From an uncultured Alphaproteobacteria bacterium (GTDB lineage Bacteria; Pseudomonadota; Alphaproteobacteria; Methylaequorales; Methylaequoraceae): 64,000 bases of DNA. A model generated the notes under the pieces. The model was given only the letters and a program-made list of their open reading frames with translations. It searched no databases and was not told the DNA's origin. A program made the translations under genes and the position numbers. This document shows, one piece after another, positions 31,072-41,063 of the stretch (positions are counted from its first letter, which is position 1; every line of letters begins with the position of its first letter). Location of the stretch: contig CACMWI010000001.1 of NCBI GenBank assembly GCA_902617375.1, positions 64,090 to 128,089 of the forward strand, written 5' to 3'.

Positions 31072-31850
31072 TGAGTAAAGAAAACAGAGAGTTGTCTAGA
31101 TTTGCAAATTCTTTTGCAGATAAAAGCCGTAAAATTTTAAAAAAAAAATTTTTAATGAAGCATGATATTGAAAAAAAAAAGGACGGATCTTTTGTAACTA
31201 ATATTGATAAAGAAATTGAATTAGTTTTTAGAGAAAAATTAAATAAAACCTACTCTTCACATAATGTTTTAGGAGAAGAGTTTGGATTTGATGACAAAAA
31301 AGGTGACTTTACTTGGGTGATTGATCCATTAGACGGCACTCATAATTTTATTGCCGGCAAACCGCTATTTGGAACCTTAATTTCATGTTTAAAAAAAAAT
31401 ATTCCGATTTTAGGAGTAATAGATATTCCTATTTTAGATCAAAGATGGAGTGGAGGGAAAAAAATTGGTGTAAAACTAAACAATAAAACATGTGATCCTT
31501 TTTGCAAAAAGAAAAAATATGAAGATCTTATTGTATCATCAACCTCACTTTTAATGTTTAATGATAAGCAACAGACAAGAATCAAAAATATTTATGGTAA
31601 AATTGGATTCCCTGTTTTCGGCAGCGATTGCTATTCATACGGACTTTTATTATCTGGTAAAATTGATCAGGTAATCGAAGCTCAAATGAAACCATGGGAT
31701 TTTTTAGCACAGGTGGCACTTATCAATGAACATGGTGGAATAATTACCGACTGGAATGGCGACGAATTAAATCATGAATCAGATGGAAAAGTTATTGCAT
31801 CAATTGAAAAAAATCACCATAAAAGAACTTTGAAATATCTTAACCAATAA
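31071..31850 (+). CDS. hisN: Inositol monophosphatase family, probable histidinol-phosphatase
   Basis: GEE, WVIDPLDGT..F..G.PLFGTLI, DCYSY, KPWD. Confidence 0.75.
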   Translation: MSKENRELSRFANSFADKSRKILKKKFLMKHDIEKKKDGSFVTNIDKEIELVFREKLNKTYSSHNVLGEEFGFDDKKGDFTWVIDPLDGTHNFIAGKPLFGTLISCLKKNIPILGVIDIPILDQRWSGGKKIGVKLNNKTCDPFCKKKKYEDLIVSSTSLLMFNDKQQTRIKNIYGKIGFPVFGSDCYSYGLLLSGKIDQVIEAQMKPWDFLAQVALINEHGGIITDWNGDELNHESDGKVIASIEKNHHKRTLKYLNQ

Positions 31851-31861
31851 AAAGGTAAACC

Positions 31862-33781
31862 TTGAGAAAAGTTAGTAAGTTTTTATTTATTATTTTAGCA
31901 TTTTGTTTTAACCATTCTTTTAGTTTAGAATATAAACATGGGATAGCCATGCATGGAGATCTAAAATATCCCAAAAATTTTAAAAAATTTGATTATGCAA
32001 GCGACAATGCCTTTCAAGGTGGCACGATAAAACTCTCCTCTATAGGGACATTTGACAACCTGAACCCATATATATTAAAAGGTGTTGCTGCTTGGCAAAC
32101 AACGTATCTATTTGAAACACTTATGAAGTCTTCATTTGATGAGCCTTTCAGCCAATACGGTCTAATAGCTGAAAGTGTAAAAATACCAGATAACAGATCC
32201 TGGATCATTTTTAAAATAAGAAAAATAGCTAGATTTTCAAATGATGAAAAAATTAAACCTGAAGATGTAATATTTTCATTTAACACACTAATTTCCAAAG
32301 GTCATCCAATTTATAAGACTTATTATGGTCAAGTAGATAAGGTTGAAAAAATTTCTGAAGACGAAGTAAAATTTTCCTTTAAAGGCGATCCTAACCCAGA
32401 GTTACCTTTAATTATTGGTTATCAACTTCCAATTTTCTCTGAAAAATACTGGGAGGGAAAAGATTTTGATAAAACTACTCTTAACCCACCCCTCGGTAGT
32501 GGCCCATATTTAGTCTCAGATTTAAAGCCTGGGAGAAGTTTAACGTTGCAAAAAAATCCAAATTACTGGGGAAAAAATATTAATGTTAACATAGGACGAT
32601 TCAATTTCAATACGATTCACACTGACTTTTATAGAGACGAAACCGTAGCTTTAGAGGCATTCAAATCTGGAGCATATGATTTTAAACAAGAGAATTCTTC
32701 AAAAAATTGGGCAACAGCCTACAAATTTGACGCAGTAAAGGAAGGAAGGGTCAAAGTTGAAGAAATAAAATATTTTAGACCTAGTGGTATGCAGGGTTTT
32801 GCGTTCAACATGAGAAAATCAATATTCCAGAATAGGAATGTTAGAAAAGCCCTTGGTTATGCATTTGACTTCGAGTGGTCTAATAGAAATTTATTTTACA
32901 ATGCTTATACTAGAACTAAAAGTTTCTTTGACAACTCTGATCTCTCTTCACAGAGTCTACCGAGTAAAGAAGAATTAGTTATTCTAGAAAACTACAGAGG
33001 AAAGATTCCTGATGAAATTTTTACTACTGTATTTTCGCCGCCCAGTACCGACGAAGAAAATGGGTTGAGAAACAATTTAAGGATGGCGCGAAGATTATTA
33101 AAACAAGAGGGATGGGTTATAAAAGACGATTTACTTACTAAGGAAGAAACTGGTGAGATTTTCAAATTTGAAATTCTTTTAAGATCACCCCTATTTGAAA
33201 GAATTGTTCTTCCGATGAAAAGAAATTTAAAAAAATTAGGTATTGAGGTTTCAATAAGGACTGTTCAAGACGATTCTCAGTACATAAGAAGACTCGAAGA
33301 TTTTGATTATGATATGATCGTTGTAAATTATGGATCTATAATATCTCCAGGAAACGAACAAAAAAATTATTGGGGGTCTTCTACCGCTGACCAACAAGGG
33401 AGTCCAAATTACATGGGAGTAAAAAATCCTGTACTCGATGAAATTATTGATAAACTGATAAGTGCAAAATCGAGGAAAGAGTTGGTTACTTATACCAAGG
33501 TTCTCGACAGAATTTTATTGTTCAATTACTACCTAATTCCCCAATTCCACATTGGTCATTACAGAGTGGCATATTGGAATAAAATATCAAGACCATCTAT
33601 TTCTCCAAAATATGACTTAGGTTTTGATTTCTGGTGGTTTGATCCTAAAAAAGCTCAAAATTTGCCTGACAAAAGTCTCTCAAGAAACAAAGAGAATAAA
33701 GACACGAATAATTTAATTTATTTTTTTCTTTTTATTTTTTTATTATTCATCTTATGGAGAATCAGAAGAAGAGCTAGCTGA
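31862..33781 (+). CDS. yejA: Peptide ABC transporter substrate-binding protein (YejA-like) with extra C-terminal TM segment
   Basis: [35 protein letters not shown]. Confidence 0.9.
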   Translation: MRKVSKFLFIILAFCFNHSFSLEYKHGIAMHGDLKYPKNFKKFDYASDNAFQGGTIKLSSIGTFDNLNPYILKGVAAWQTTYLFETLMKSSFDEPFSQYGLIAESVKIPDNRSWIIFKIRKIARFSNDEKIKPEDVIFSFNTLISKGHPIYKTYYGQVDKVEKISEDEVKFSFKGDPNPELPLIIGYQLPIFSEKYWEGKDFDKTTLNPPLGSGPYLVSDLKPGRSLTLQKNPNYWGKNINVNIGRFNFNTIHTDFYRDETVALEAFKSGAYDFKQENSSKNWATAYKFDAVKEGRVKVEEIKYFRPSGMQGFAFNMRKSIFQNRNVRKALGYAFDFEWSNRNLFYNAYTRTKSFFDNSDLSSQSLPSKEELVILENYRGKIPDEIFTTVFSPPSTDEENGLRNNLRMARRLLKQEGWVIKDDLLTKEETGEIFKFEILLRSPLFERIVLPMKRNLKKLGIEVSIRTVQDDSQYIRRLEDFDYDMIVVNYGSIISPGNEQKNYWGSSTADQQGSPNYMGVKNPVLDEIIDKLISAKSRKELVTYTKVLDRILLFNYYLIPQFHIGHYRVAYWNKISRPSISPKYDLGFDFWWFDPKKAQNLPDKSLSRNKENKDTNNLIYFFLFIFLLFILWRIRRRAS

Positions 33782-34887
33782 TGTTAAATTATATTATTAA
33801 AAGACTTTTTCTAATTATTCCAACATTATTTGGAATATTAGCAGTTAATTTTATTATTATTCAAGCTGCTCCAGGTGGTCCAGTAGAGAAAGCTATTGCC
33901 CAAATTAAAGGTACCGAGGTTTCAGTTACAGAGAGATTTACCTCATCTGGCGGTGAACAATTATCAAGCAGTCAAACAAGAAACAATTTTAGTTCTACTG
34001 AGAATAAATATAGAGGTTCACAAGGAATTGATCCCGACTTAATTAAAGAACTTGAAAAACAATACGGCTTTGATAAGCCACCTCTTCAAAGGTTTTTTGA
34101 AATGCTTAAAAATTATTTATTTTTTGATTTTGGAGAAAGTTTTTATAAAGATAAATCTGTTATATCATTGATTTTAGAGAAGTTGCCAGTCTCAATTTCA
34201 TTAGGCTTGTGGACCACTTTATTTGTATATTTGATTTCTATTCCGCTTGGAATTAAGAAAGCTGTAAAAGATGGCTCAAAATTTGATGTTTATTCTTCCT
34301 CTTTAATTATAGTTGGTTATGCAATTCCAGGTTTTTTATTTGCCATTTTCCTAATTGTTATCTTCGCTGGTGGAAGTTATTTAGATATTTTTCCGTTAAG
34401 AGGATTGGTCTCAGATAATTGGGAAGAACTTTCAGTTATTGAAAAAATTGTTGACTATTTTTGGCACCTTACACTTCCTGTATTAGCAATGGTAATAGGA
34501 GGGTTTGCAAGTCTTACAATGTTAACAAAGAACTCTTTTTTGGATGAAATCAACAAGCAGTACGTTCTGACAGCTAGAGCAAAAGGTGTTGGTGAAAAGA
34601 AAGTTCTCTATGGACATATTTTTAGAAATGCAATGCTAATTGTCATTTCTGGGTTTCCTGCAGCTTTTATAAATATTTTATTCACATCGTCTTTATTGAT
34701 CGAAGTAATTTTTTCCTTGGATGGACTGGGCCTTTTAGGTTTTGAAGCTGCATTGGGTCGAGATTATCCTGTTGTATTTGGAAGCTTATATATTTTTACT
34801 TTAATTGGTTTACTTCTAAGACTGATTAGCGATTTAACATATGTTCTCATTGACCCAAGAATTGACTTCGAAAGGAGAAGTGAGTAA
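33781..34887 (+). CDS. yejB: Peptide ABC transporter permease
   Basis: [37 protein letters not shown]. Confidence 0.93.
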   Translation: MLNYIIKRLFLIIPTLFGILAVNFIIIQAAPGGPVEKAIAQIKGTEVSVTERFTSSGGEQLSSSQTRNNFSSTENKYRGSQGIDPDLIKELEKQYGFDKPPLQRFFEMLKNYLFFDFGESFYKDKSVISLILEKLPVSISLGLWTTLFVYLISIPLGIKKAVKDGSKFDVYSSSLIIVGYAIPGFLFAIFLIVIFAGGSYLDIFPLRGLVSDNWEELSVIEKIVDYFWHLTLPVLAMVIGGFASLTMLTKNSFLDEINKQYVLTARAKGVGEKKVLYGHIFRNAMLIVISGFPAAFINILFTSSLLIEVIFSLDGLGLLGFEAALGRDYPVVFGSLYIFTLIGLLLRLISDLTYVLIDPRIDFERRSE

Positions 34888-35909
34888 TGACCTTTTCACC
34901 TTTAACAATAAGAAGACTCAAAAACTTTAGAAGTAATAAAAGAGGTTATTATTCAACCTTAATTTTTTGCGTATTATTTTTTATCTCCATTTTTGCTGAA
35001 TTTATTGCAAATGATAAACCCATCTTCGTTTTTTTTGAACAGAAAATTCATTTTCCAGTTGTTGAAAAAATTTCTGAAACCTTTTATGGAGGTGAATTTG
35101 AAACAGAGGCTGATTATAAGGATCCATATGTAAGAGATTTAATAAATAAAAAAGGATTTTTCATTATGCCTCCCATTGAATACTCATACGATACAATCAA
35201 CTATGATTTGAGGGTTCCGTCACCCTCTCCACCCACCTTAGAAAATTTACTGGGAACTGATGACCAGGGAAGAGACGTTTTAGCAAGACTCATTTATGGT
35301 TTTAGAATTTCCGTTTTCTTTGGTTTGACACTTACTATCCTGTCAAGCATTATTGGGATACTCGCTGGCGGGGTACAAGGTTTTTATGGTGGAAGAATTG
35401 ATTTATTTGGACAAAGATTTATCGAGATTTGGTCTGGATTACCAGTTTTATATTTGCTCATAATAATTTCTAGTTTTATCGAGCCGAGTTTCTGGATTCT
35501 ATTATTTATTATGCTTTTGTTTAGTTGGATGTCACTTGAAGGAGTTGTTAGAGCAGAATTTTTAAGAGCAAGAAACTTTGAGTACGTCAAAGCAGCAAAA
35601 GCACTTGGCGTAAAAAATATGAAGCTTATGTTTAAACATGTTCTTCCAAATGCAATGGTTGCAACGCTAACTTTGATGCCCTTTATTCTTTCAGGTTCTA
35701 TTGCCACACTAACCTCGCTAGATTTCTTGGGTTTCGGTTTGCCACCTGGATCACCATCATTAGGAGAAATGGTTTCTCAAGGAAAAGCTAACTTGCAAGC
35801 TCCATGGCTTGGTCTTTCTGCATTTATAACTCTGTCACTTCAATTAAGTTTACTAGTTTTTATTGGGGAAGCTGTTAGAGATGCTTTTGACCCTAGGAAG
35901 GTAATTTAA
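34887..35909 (+). CDS. yejE: Peptide ABC transporter permease
   Basis: LGTDDQGRDVLAR, VRAEFLRARN, GEAVRDAFDPR. Confidence 0.93.
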   Translation: MTFSPLTIRRLKNFRSNKRGYYSTLIFCVLFFISIFAEFIANDKPIFVFFEQKIHFPVVEKISETFYGGEFETEADYKDPYVRDLINKKGFFIMPPIEYSYDTINYDLRVPSPSPPTLENLLGTDDQGRDVLARLIYGFRISVFFGLTLTILSSIIGILAGGVQGFYGGRIDLFGQRFIEIWSGLPVLYLLIIISSFIEPSFWILLFIMLLFSWMSLEGVVRAEFLRARNFEYVKAAKALGVKNMKLMFKHVLPNAMVATLTLMPFILSGSIATLTSLDFLGFGLPPGSPSLGEMVSQGKANLQAPWLGLSAFITLSLQLSLLVFIGEAVRDAFDPRKVI

Positions 35910-37490
35910 ATGAAAACTTTACTTGAGGTAAAGAATCTAAACTTAACTTTTGAATTCAATAGTCAAGTTGTAAATGCTGTTAAAAAAAGTAGTTTTAAAA
36001 TTAAAAAGGGAGAGTGTCTTGCAATTGTTGGTGAAAGTGGGTCTGGTAAATCAGTTACAGCTTTAACCATAATGAGATTAATAAGGTCAAATTCAAATCT
36101 TAAAATTTCAGGAAATGTAATCTATGAAAACGAAGATCTGCTAAAATTAGATGAATCTAAACTTATAAAAATTAGAGGAAAAAAAATTTCTATGATTTTT
36201 CAAGAACCAATGACATCACTTAATCCACTACATAACATTCAAAAGCAAATTACTGAATGCTTTGAAATAAGTGAGAAGTCGAATAAATCAAAATGCATTA
36301 ATCTTTTAAAAGAAGTTGGTATTGAAAATCCAGAACAAAGACTTTCTCATTATCCACATCAATTATCTGGAGGACAAAGACAAAGAGTTATGATTGCAAT
36401 GGCAATAGCTAATAACCCTGACTTATTAATTGCTGATGAACCAACAACTGCTCTTGACGTTACGATACAAAAACAAATTTTGGATCTATTAGATAAATTA
36501 AGAAAGAGATATAACATGTCACTTTTGCTAATCACTCACGACTTAGGAATTGTTAAAGATATCTCTGACAGGGTTTGCGTTATGAAACAAGGAGAAATTG
36601 TTGAACAGAACAACACTAACAAAGTGTTTAATCAACCTAATCATAGTTATACAAAAAATCTTATTAACTCAAAACCAAGAGAGAAAAAATTTCAAAACAA
36701 AAAGAGTGAAGTTATTTTGTCTGTGAAAAATCTCAGTGTTTTCTACAAAAATAAAAATAGTTTTCTTTTCAAAAAAAAAGATGATTATTTTCAAGCTGTA
36801 AAAAATTTAAGTTTTCAAATCATAAAAGGAGAAACTTTAGGAATTGTTGGTGAGAGTGGATCAGGAAAAAGCTCTATTGCACAAGCTCTAATAAAACTAG
36901 TATCTTCAGAAGGAAGTGTTTTCTTTAAAAATAAAAATATTTCAGATTTAAATGAAGAAAAATTTAGACCTTTTCGAAAAAACATTCAAATAATTTTTCA
37001 GGATCCATTTGCGTCTTTAAGTCCAAGATTAACAATTCAAGATATAATTAGCGAGGGTTTGGAAGTTCATTATAAAGAAAAATCAAAAAAAGAAATCATA
37101 GATTTAACAAAACAAATAATTATTGATGTTGGACTTGATTATTCAATGCTTTCAAGATACCCACATGAGTTTTCTGGAGGACAGAGGCAAAGAATTGCGA
37201 TTGCAAGGGCTCTTATTCTCAATCCAGAATTAATAATTCTTGACGAACCTACCAGTGCTCTAGATATGACTGTTCAATCGCAAATTGTAGATTTACTTTT
37301 AAATCTTCAGGAAAAGAAAAATCTAACCTACATATTCATTAGTCACGACTTAAAAATTATTAAAGCATTGTCTGATAAAATCATGGTAATGAAATCTGGA
37401 AATATTGTGGAATTTGAAGAGAAAAAGAAAATTTTTTCTAGACCTAAAGATCAATATACTAAGCGTCTACTAAATTCTGCATATTTTTAA
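35910..37490 (+). CDS. yejF: Peptide ABC transporter ATP-binding protein (two ATPase domains)
   Basis: Two GESGSGKS and two SGGQRQR motifs. Confidence 0.93.
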   Translation: MKTLLEVKNLNLTFEFNSQVVNAVKKSSFKIKKGECLAIVGESGSGKSVTALTIMRLIRSNSNLKISGNVIYENEDLLKLDESKLIKIRGKKISMIFQEPMTSLNPLHNIQKQITECFEISEKSNKSKCINLLKEVGIENPEQRLSHYPHQLSGGQRQRVMIAMAIANNPDLLIADEPTTALDVTIQKQILDLLDKLRKRYNMSLLLITHDLGIVKDISDRVCVMKQGEIVEQNNTNKVFNQPNHSYTKNLINSKPREKKFQNKKSEVILSVKNLSVFYKNKNSFLFKKKDDYFQAVKNLSFQIIKGETLGIVGESGSGKSSIAQALIKLVSSEGSVFFKNKNISDLNEEKFRPFRKNIQIIFQDPFASLSPRLTIQDIISEGLEVHYKEKSKKEIIDLTKQIIIDVGLDYSMLSRYPHEFSGGQRQRIAIARALILNPELIILDEPTSALDMTVQSQIVDLLLNLQEKKNLTYIFISHDLKIIKALSDKIMVMKSGNIVEFEEKKKIFSRPKDQYTKRLLNSAYF

Positions 37491-38833
37491 AAACTTTTAA
37501 AAAAATCTAAAAGTGCTCTTATACCCATAGCTTCACCACCCTCATATGAACTATATTTATTGGCTCTTGTCCAAGCCATAAGATCAATATGAATCCAAGG
37601 AGTGTTCTTAACAAATTTTTGTAAAAATAAAGCTGCTGTGATAGCCCCTCCAAACACACTATTTCCAATGTTCTTAAAATCTGCATGTTCAGAATTTAAT
37701 TGATTAGAATAATTATCCCATAAAGGAAGTTGCCAAAGAGGATCTCCAGTTCTCTTCGATGAATTAATTAATTTCATAGCTAGATCATCATCATTACAAA
37801 AAAAACTTGGTACTTCTATTCCCATAGCAACTCTTGATGCACCAGTCAATGTTGCCATATCAACTATTAAATCAGGCTTACTTTCAGATGCATAAGTAAT
37901 GGCATCAGCAAGTATTAGTCTACCTTCCGCATCCGTATCACCAATTTCGACAAAACTTCCTTCTCTACTCTTAACAATATCTGACGGTCTCATCGATTTT
38001 TTTGATATTGAGTTTTCAACTAAGCATAACAATAAATGTAAATCTACTTGAATTCCAACATCACTTACCAGCTTTGCAAGACCAATACAATTAGCTGCAC
38101 CTCCCATATCCTTTTTCATCAAAGACATACCAGTCCCTGTTTTGATATTTAAACCACCCGTATCAAAGGAGACTCCTTTTCCAATAAGAACAATTTTTTT
38201 CTTATATTTTGTTTTGGACTTAAATTCGCAAAAAATTGGTTGTCTATTTGCACTTGCACCAATACCAACGGCCGAAATCAGAGGGAAATTATTTTCTAAA
38301 CTCTTTCCGGATTTTAAATTAACCATATCAAATTTTTTCAGATACTTTTTAGCTGAATTATAAATTTCCTTAGGACCTAATATATTTGCTGGTGTATTTA
38401 TTAAATCTCTTACATAAAAATATGATTCACTAATTGATTTGATTTCTGACGATGATTCAAAATGAATCTTTACATTATTTTTTTTAGTTTTCTTTTTAGA
38501 CTTAAATTTATCAAAAGAATATTCAGCTAGGTGCCATCCGATAAAAAAGATTTTTATATCTGTTTTCTTACAACCAAAATACTCAATAAAAAAGTTTCCA
38601 GATTTTACAAATTTTCTTATCGCCAATCCAATTAACAATAATCTGTGAGTTTTTTGAAGTATGTTAAGATTTGATATTTTTTTCAAATTGATTAATATCG
38701 CTTCTTCAGTCTTTAAAACTGAATAAGAATCAAATTCTTCAAAACTTGTGTGTTTAAATTTTTTGGGAACCTGATCATCAGAAAAAAAAATAGAAATTGG
38801 AGTTTTTGCAAATTGTTTTCTTTTACTTGTCAT
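37487..38833 (-). CDS. M17 family leucyl aminopeptidase
   Basis: GKGVSFDTGG, MKKDMGGA, DTDAEGRL, ATLTGA. Confidence 0.93.
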   Translation of the reverse strand: MTSKRKQFAKTPISIFFSDDQVPKKFKHTSFEEFDSYSVLKTEEAILINLKKISNLNILQKTHRLLLIGLAIRKFVKSGNFFIEYFGCKKTDIKIFFIGWHLAEYSFDKFKSKKKTKKNNVKIHFESSSEIKSISESYFYVRDLINTPANILGPKEIYNSAKKYLKKFDMVNLKSGKSLENNFPLISAVGIGASANRQPIFCEFKSKTKYKKKIVLIGKGVSFDTGGLNIKTGTGMSLMKKDMGGAANCIGLAKLVSDVGIQVDLHLLLCLVENSISKKSMRPSDIVKSREGSFVEIGDTDAEGRLILADAITYASESKPDLIVDMATLTGASRVAMGIEVPSFFCNDDDLAMKLINSSKRTGDPLWQLPLWDNYSNQLNSEHADFKNIGNSVFGGAITAALFLQKFVKNTPWIHIDLMAWTRANKYSSYEGGEAMGIRALLDFFKSF

Positions 38834-38886
38834 TATTTTCTTTGGAATATATATTTGTTGTTTTTAAGTAATAAAAAAGGGGATAC

Positions 38887-40302
38887 ATGAACATTTTATT
38901 TAAACTTAGCATTTTTTTATTAACATTTCTTTCATTTAATTTTCTTCCTGAGCTTTGTTTTGCAGCAAGTGCATCTGACGGACCAACCTCACTAAACATG
39001 ATTTTTAGTCCGGTTGGTATTTTTTGTATACTAATTTTTATCATTGCTTATGGATTTGTAATGGCGGAAGAATTTACTCACTTCAGAAAATCCAAACCAG
39101 TAATTTTAGCTGCCACTATCATTTGGGTTGTAATTGCATACGTAGCTTCGCAAGATCCGTCTATCTCCCCAAAATGGGCTGAAACGCAATTTAGACATGT
39201 GGTTCTAGAATTTGCAGAACTATTCTTTTTCCTTTTCGTTGCAATGGCTTACGTAAACTCCTTAACTGAAAGAAGAATGTTTGATGCACTATGTTCATGG
39301 TTATCAAATAATAATTTTAGCTATAAAAAGATCTTTTTAATTTCAGGAGTTATTGCTTTTTTTCTATCTCCTATTGCTGATAATTTAACTACTGCGCTAA
39401 TTTTAGGAACAGTTGTAATGGTGGCTGGAAGAGGTAATAAAGCCTTTATAGTTCCTGGGCTTATAAACATTGTTGTTGCTGCAAATGCAGGTGGAGCATT
39501 TTCACCCTTTGGTGATATTACAACCTTGATGGTATGGCAACGTGGATTTGTTTCATTCTTTGATTTCTTTAATATTTTTGTTCCATCAGTTGTTAATTAC
39601 GTTGTTCCAGCTGCTATAATGTATTTCGCAATACCTGATGAAGTTCCAAAGGGCGATGGAAAAAAAGTACAAATACTTCCAGGAGGCCATGTTATTGCTT
39701 TCTTAGGAATTTTAACAATTACGCTAACTGTAACCGGGCACAATGTTCTTCATATGCCGCCAATCCTTGGCATGATGTTTGGATTAGGAATGTTAGGAAC
39801 ATATGGTTATTTTCTTAAAATAAAAAGTCCTGACAAAAATAAATTTGATATTTTTGTTATAACAGGAAGAGCTGAGTGGGATACCCTATTATTCTTCTAT
39901 GGAATATTAGTAGCAGTTGGGGGGCTCGCGTCTCTTGGTTATTTACAATTAATCTCTGGACCCATGTATGAAACTCTCGGTCCCACTAATGCGAATATTT
40001 TGGTAGGTATTCTTTCAGCTATAATTGATAATATTCCTATTGTGTATGCTGTATTAACTGCTCATCCTGAAATGGATATGGGGCAATGGTTGTTAATTAC
40101 TTTGACTGCAGGAACTGGTGGGTCGTTATTGTCAATTGGTTCTGCAGCAGGAGTTGCTTTAATGGGTCAAGCCAGAGGAGTGTACACCTTCTTTGCACAT
40201 TTAAAATGGGCATGGGCTATCTTACTTGGATATGCTGCTTGTATCGTTGTTCATCTTTTGATGAATCAACATCTATTTGATTTGATACCATTAGAAAGAT
40301 AA
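38887..40302 (+). CDS. nhaD: Na+/H+ antiporter NhaD
   Basis: RKSKP, SPIADNLTT, AANAGGAFSPFGDITT, SAIIDNIP, GGSLLSIGSAAGVALMG. Confidence 0.92.
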   Translation: MNILFKLSIFLLTFLSFNFLPELCFAASASDGPTSLNMIFSPVGIFCILIFIIAYGFVMAEEFTHFRKSKPVILAATIIWVVIAYVASQDPSISPKWAETQFRHVVLEFAELFFFLFVAMAYVNSLTERRMFDALCSWLSNNNFSYKKIFLISGVIAFFLSPIADNLTTALILGTVVMVAGRGNKAFIVPGLINIVVAANAGGAFSPFGDITTLMVWQRGFVSFFDFFNIFVPSVVNYVVPAAIMYFAIPDEVPKGDGKKVQILPGGHVIAFLGILTITLTVTGHNVLHMPPILGMMFGLGMLGTYGYFLKIKSPDKNKFDIFVITGRAEWDTLLFFYGILVAVGGLASLGYLQLISGPMYETLGPTNANILVGILSAIIDNIPIVYAVLTAHPEMDMGQWLLITLTAGTGGSLLSIGSAAGVALMGQARGVYTFFAHLKWAWAILLGYAACIVVHLLMNQHLFDLIPLER

Positions 40303-40464
40303 TTGTAATTAATAAAGGTGCAAAGTTTTTTTATTTTTTGCTGCTAAAAAAGTAAAGGTGTGACTGGTATCAGTTATTAACTTGAAGCAGGAAACCTTTT
40401 CGAGATTTGAAGTAATTTTTGTTGTAACAGTAATTGAAATAATTAGTTACCTGTCTGAACTAAT

Positions 40465-41019
40465 TTATTCTTTTTCAATTCCAATTTCATAAAGTTCAAA
40501 ATTAGCTTCTTCGATTTTTCCAGTAACTGCGTCAACATCAACTTTTATTTCATAACCTGTGTTAGTTTGAATGTCAAATTCGTAGGTTAGTGTCCCATCC
40601 ATACCAATTTCTCGTTCTTTAGCTACTACTGTTCCAGGATGAATTTTTAATGCATAATCTTTGGCTTGTTGTAGTGTAACCTTGGCTCCACTCTTGAAAA
40701 TAGGATTGTTCTCGTCAACTTCCGTTTCATCTTCAATGATGAATCCCTCTTCTGCATTACATTCAACGTTATAAGTCGAACCATCTTTAGATGATTAAAT
40801 GTCAAACTCATAGATAGGATCATCTCCTTCGATTTTAAATTCTAATTTTCTAGCATGACCTGGAACTGTGTCGTAAGCTTGATCAAGACATTGTTTAACT
40901 TTAACAATGTCGTATAGCTCAATGTCGTCAAGGTCAAAATTATCATTAGCTTTTGCTATACTGTTGACTACTAAAAAAGGCATTAGCGCAAAAATATAAA
41001 GAAAATAATTTTTATTCAT
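40465..41019 (-). pseudogene. Double-PepSY periplasmic protein, lanpepsy (LanP)-like, interrupted by one in-frame TAA at 40795-40797
   Basis: Frame continues past the stop: ...PIYEFDI*SSKDGSTYNVECNAEEG...AKVTLQQAKDYALKIHPGTVV...TYEFDIQT...KVDVDAVTGKIEEANFELYEIGIEKE*; signal peptide from ATG 41019. Confidence 0.8.
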
Positions 41020-41063
41020 AATATTCAAGTAATCAAAATTAGACTTAAAACAACTTATTTTTT

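Noticed and set aside
40303..40464. Intergenic gap between nhaD and the LanP-like gene as pqqA or an sRNA
   Set aside because: No ORF with the E-x-x-x-Y PqqA pattern; only a duplicated TAAAGGTG and a weak AT-rich hairpin at 40441-40465
40795..40797. Genetic-code reassignment or programmed read-through of TAA
   Set aside because: TAA terminates many intact genes in this window; a single lesion is better explained by mutation or error
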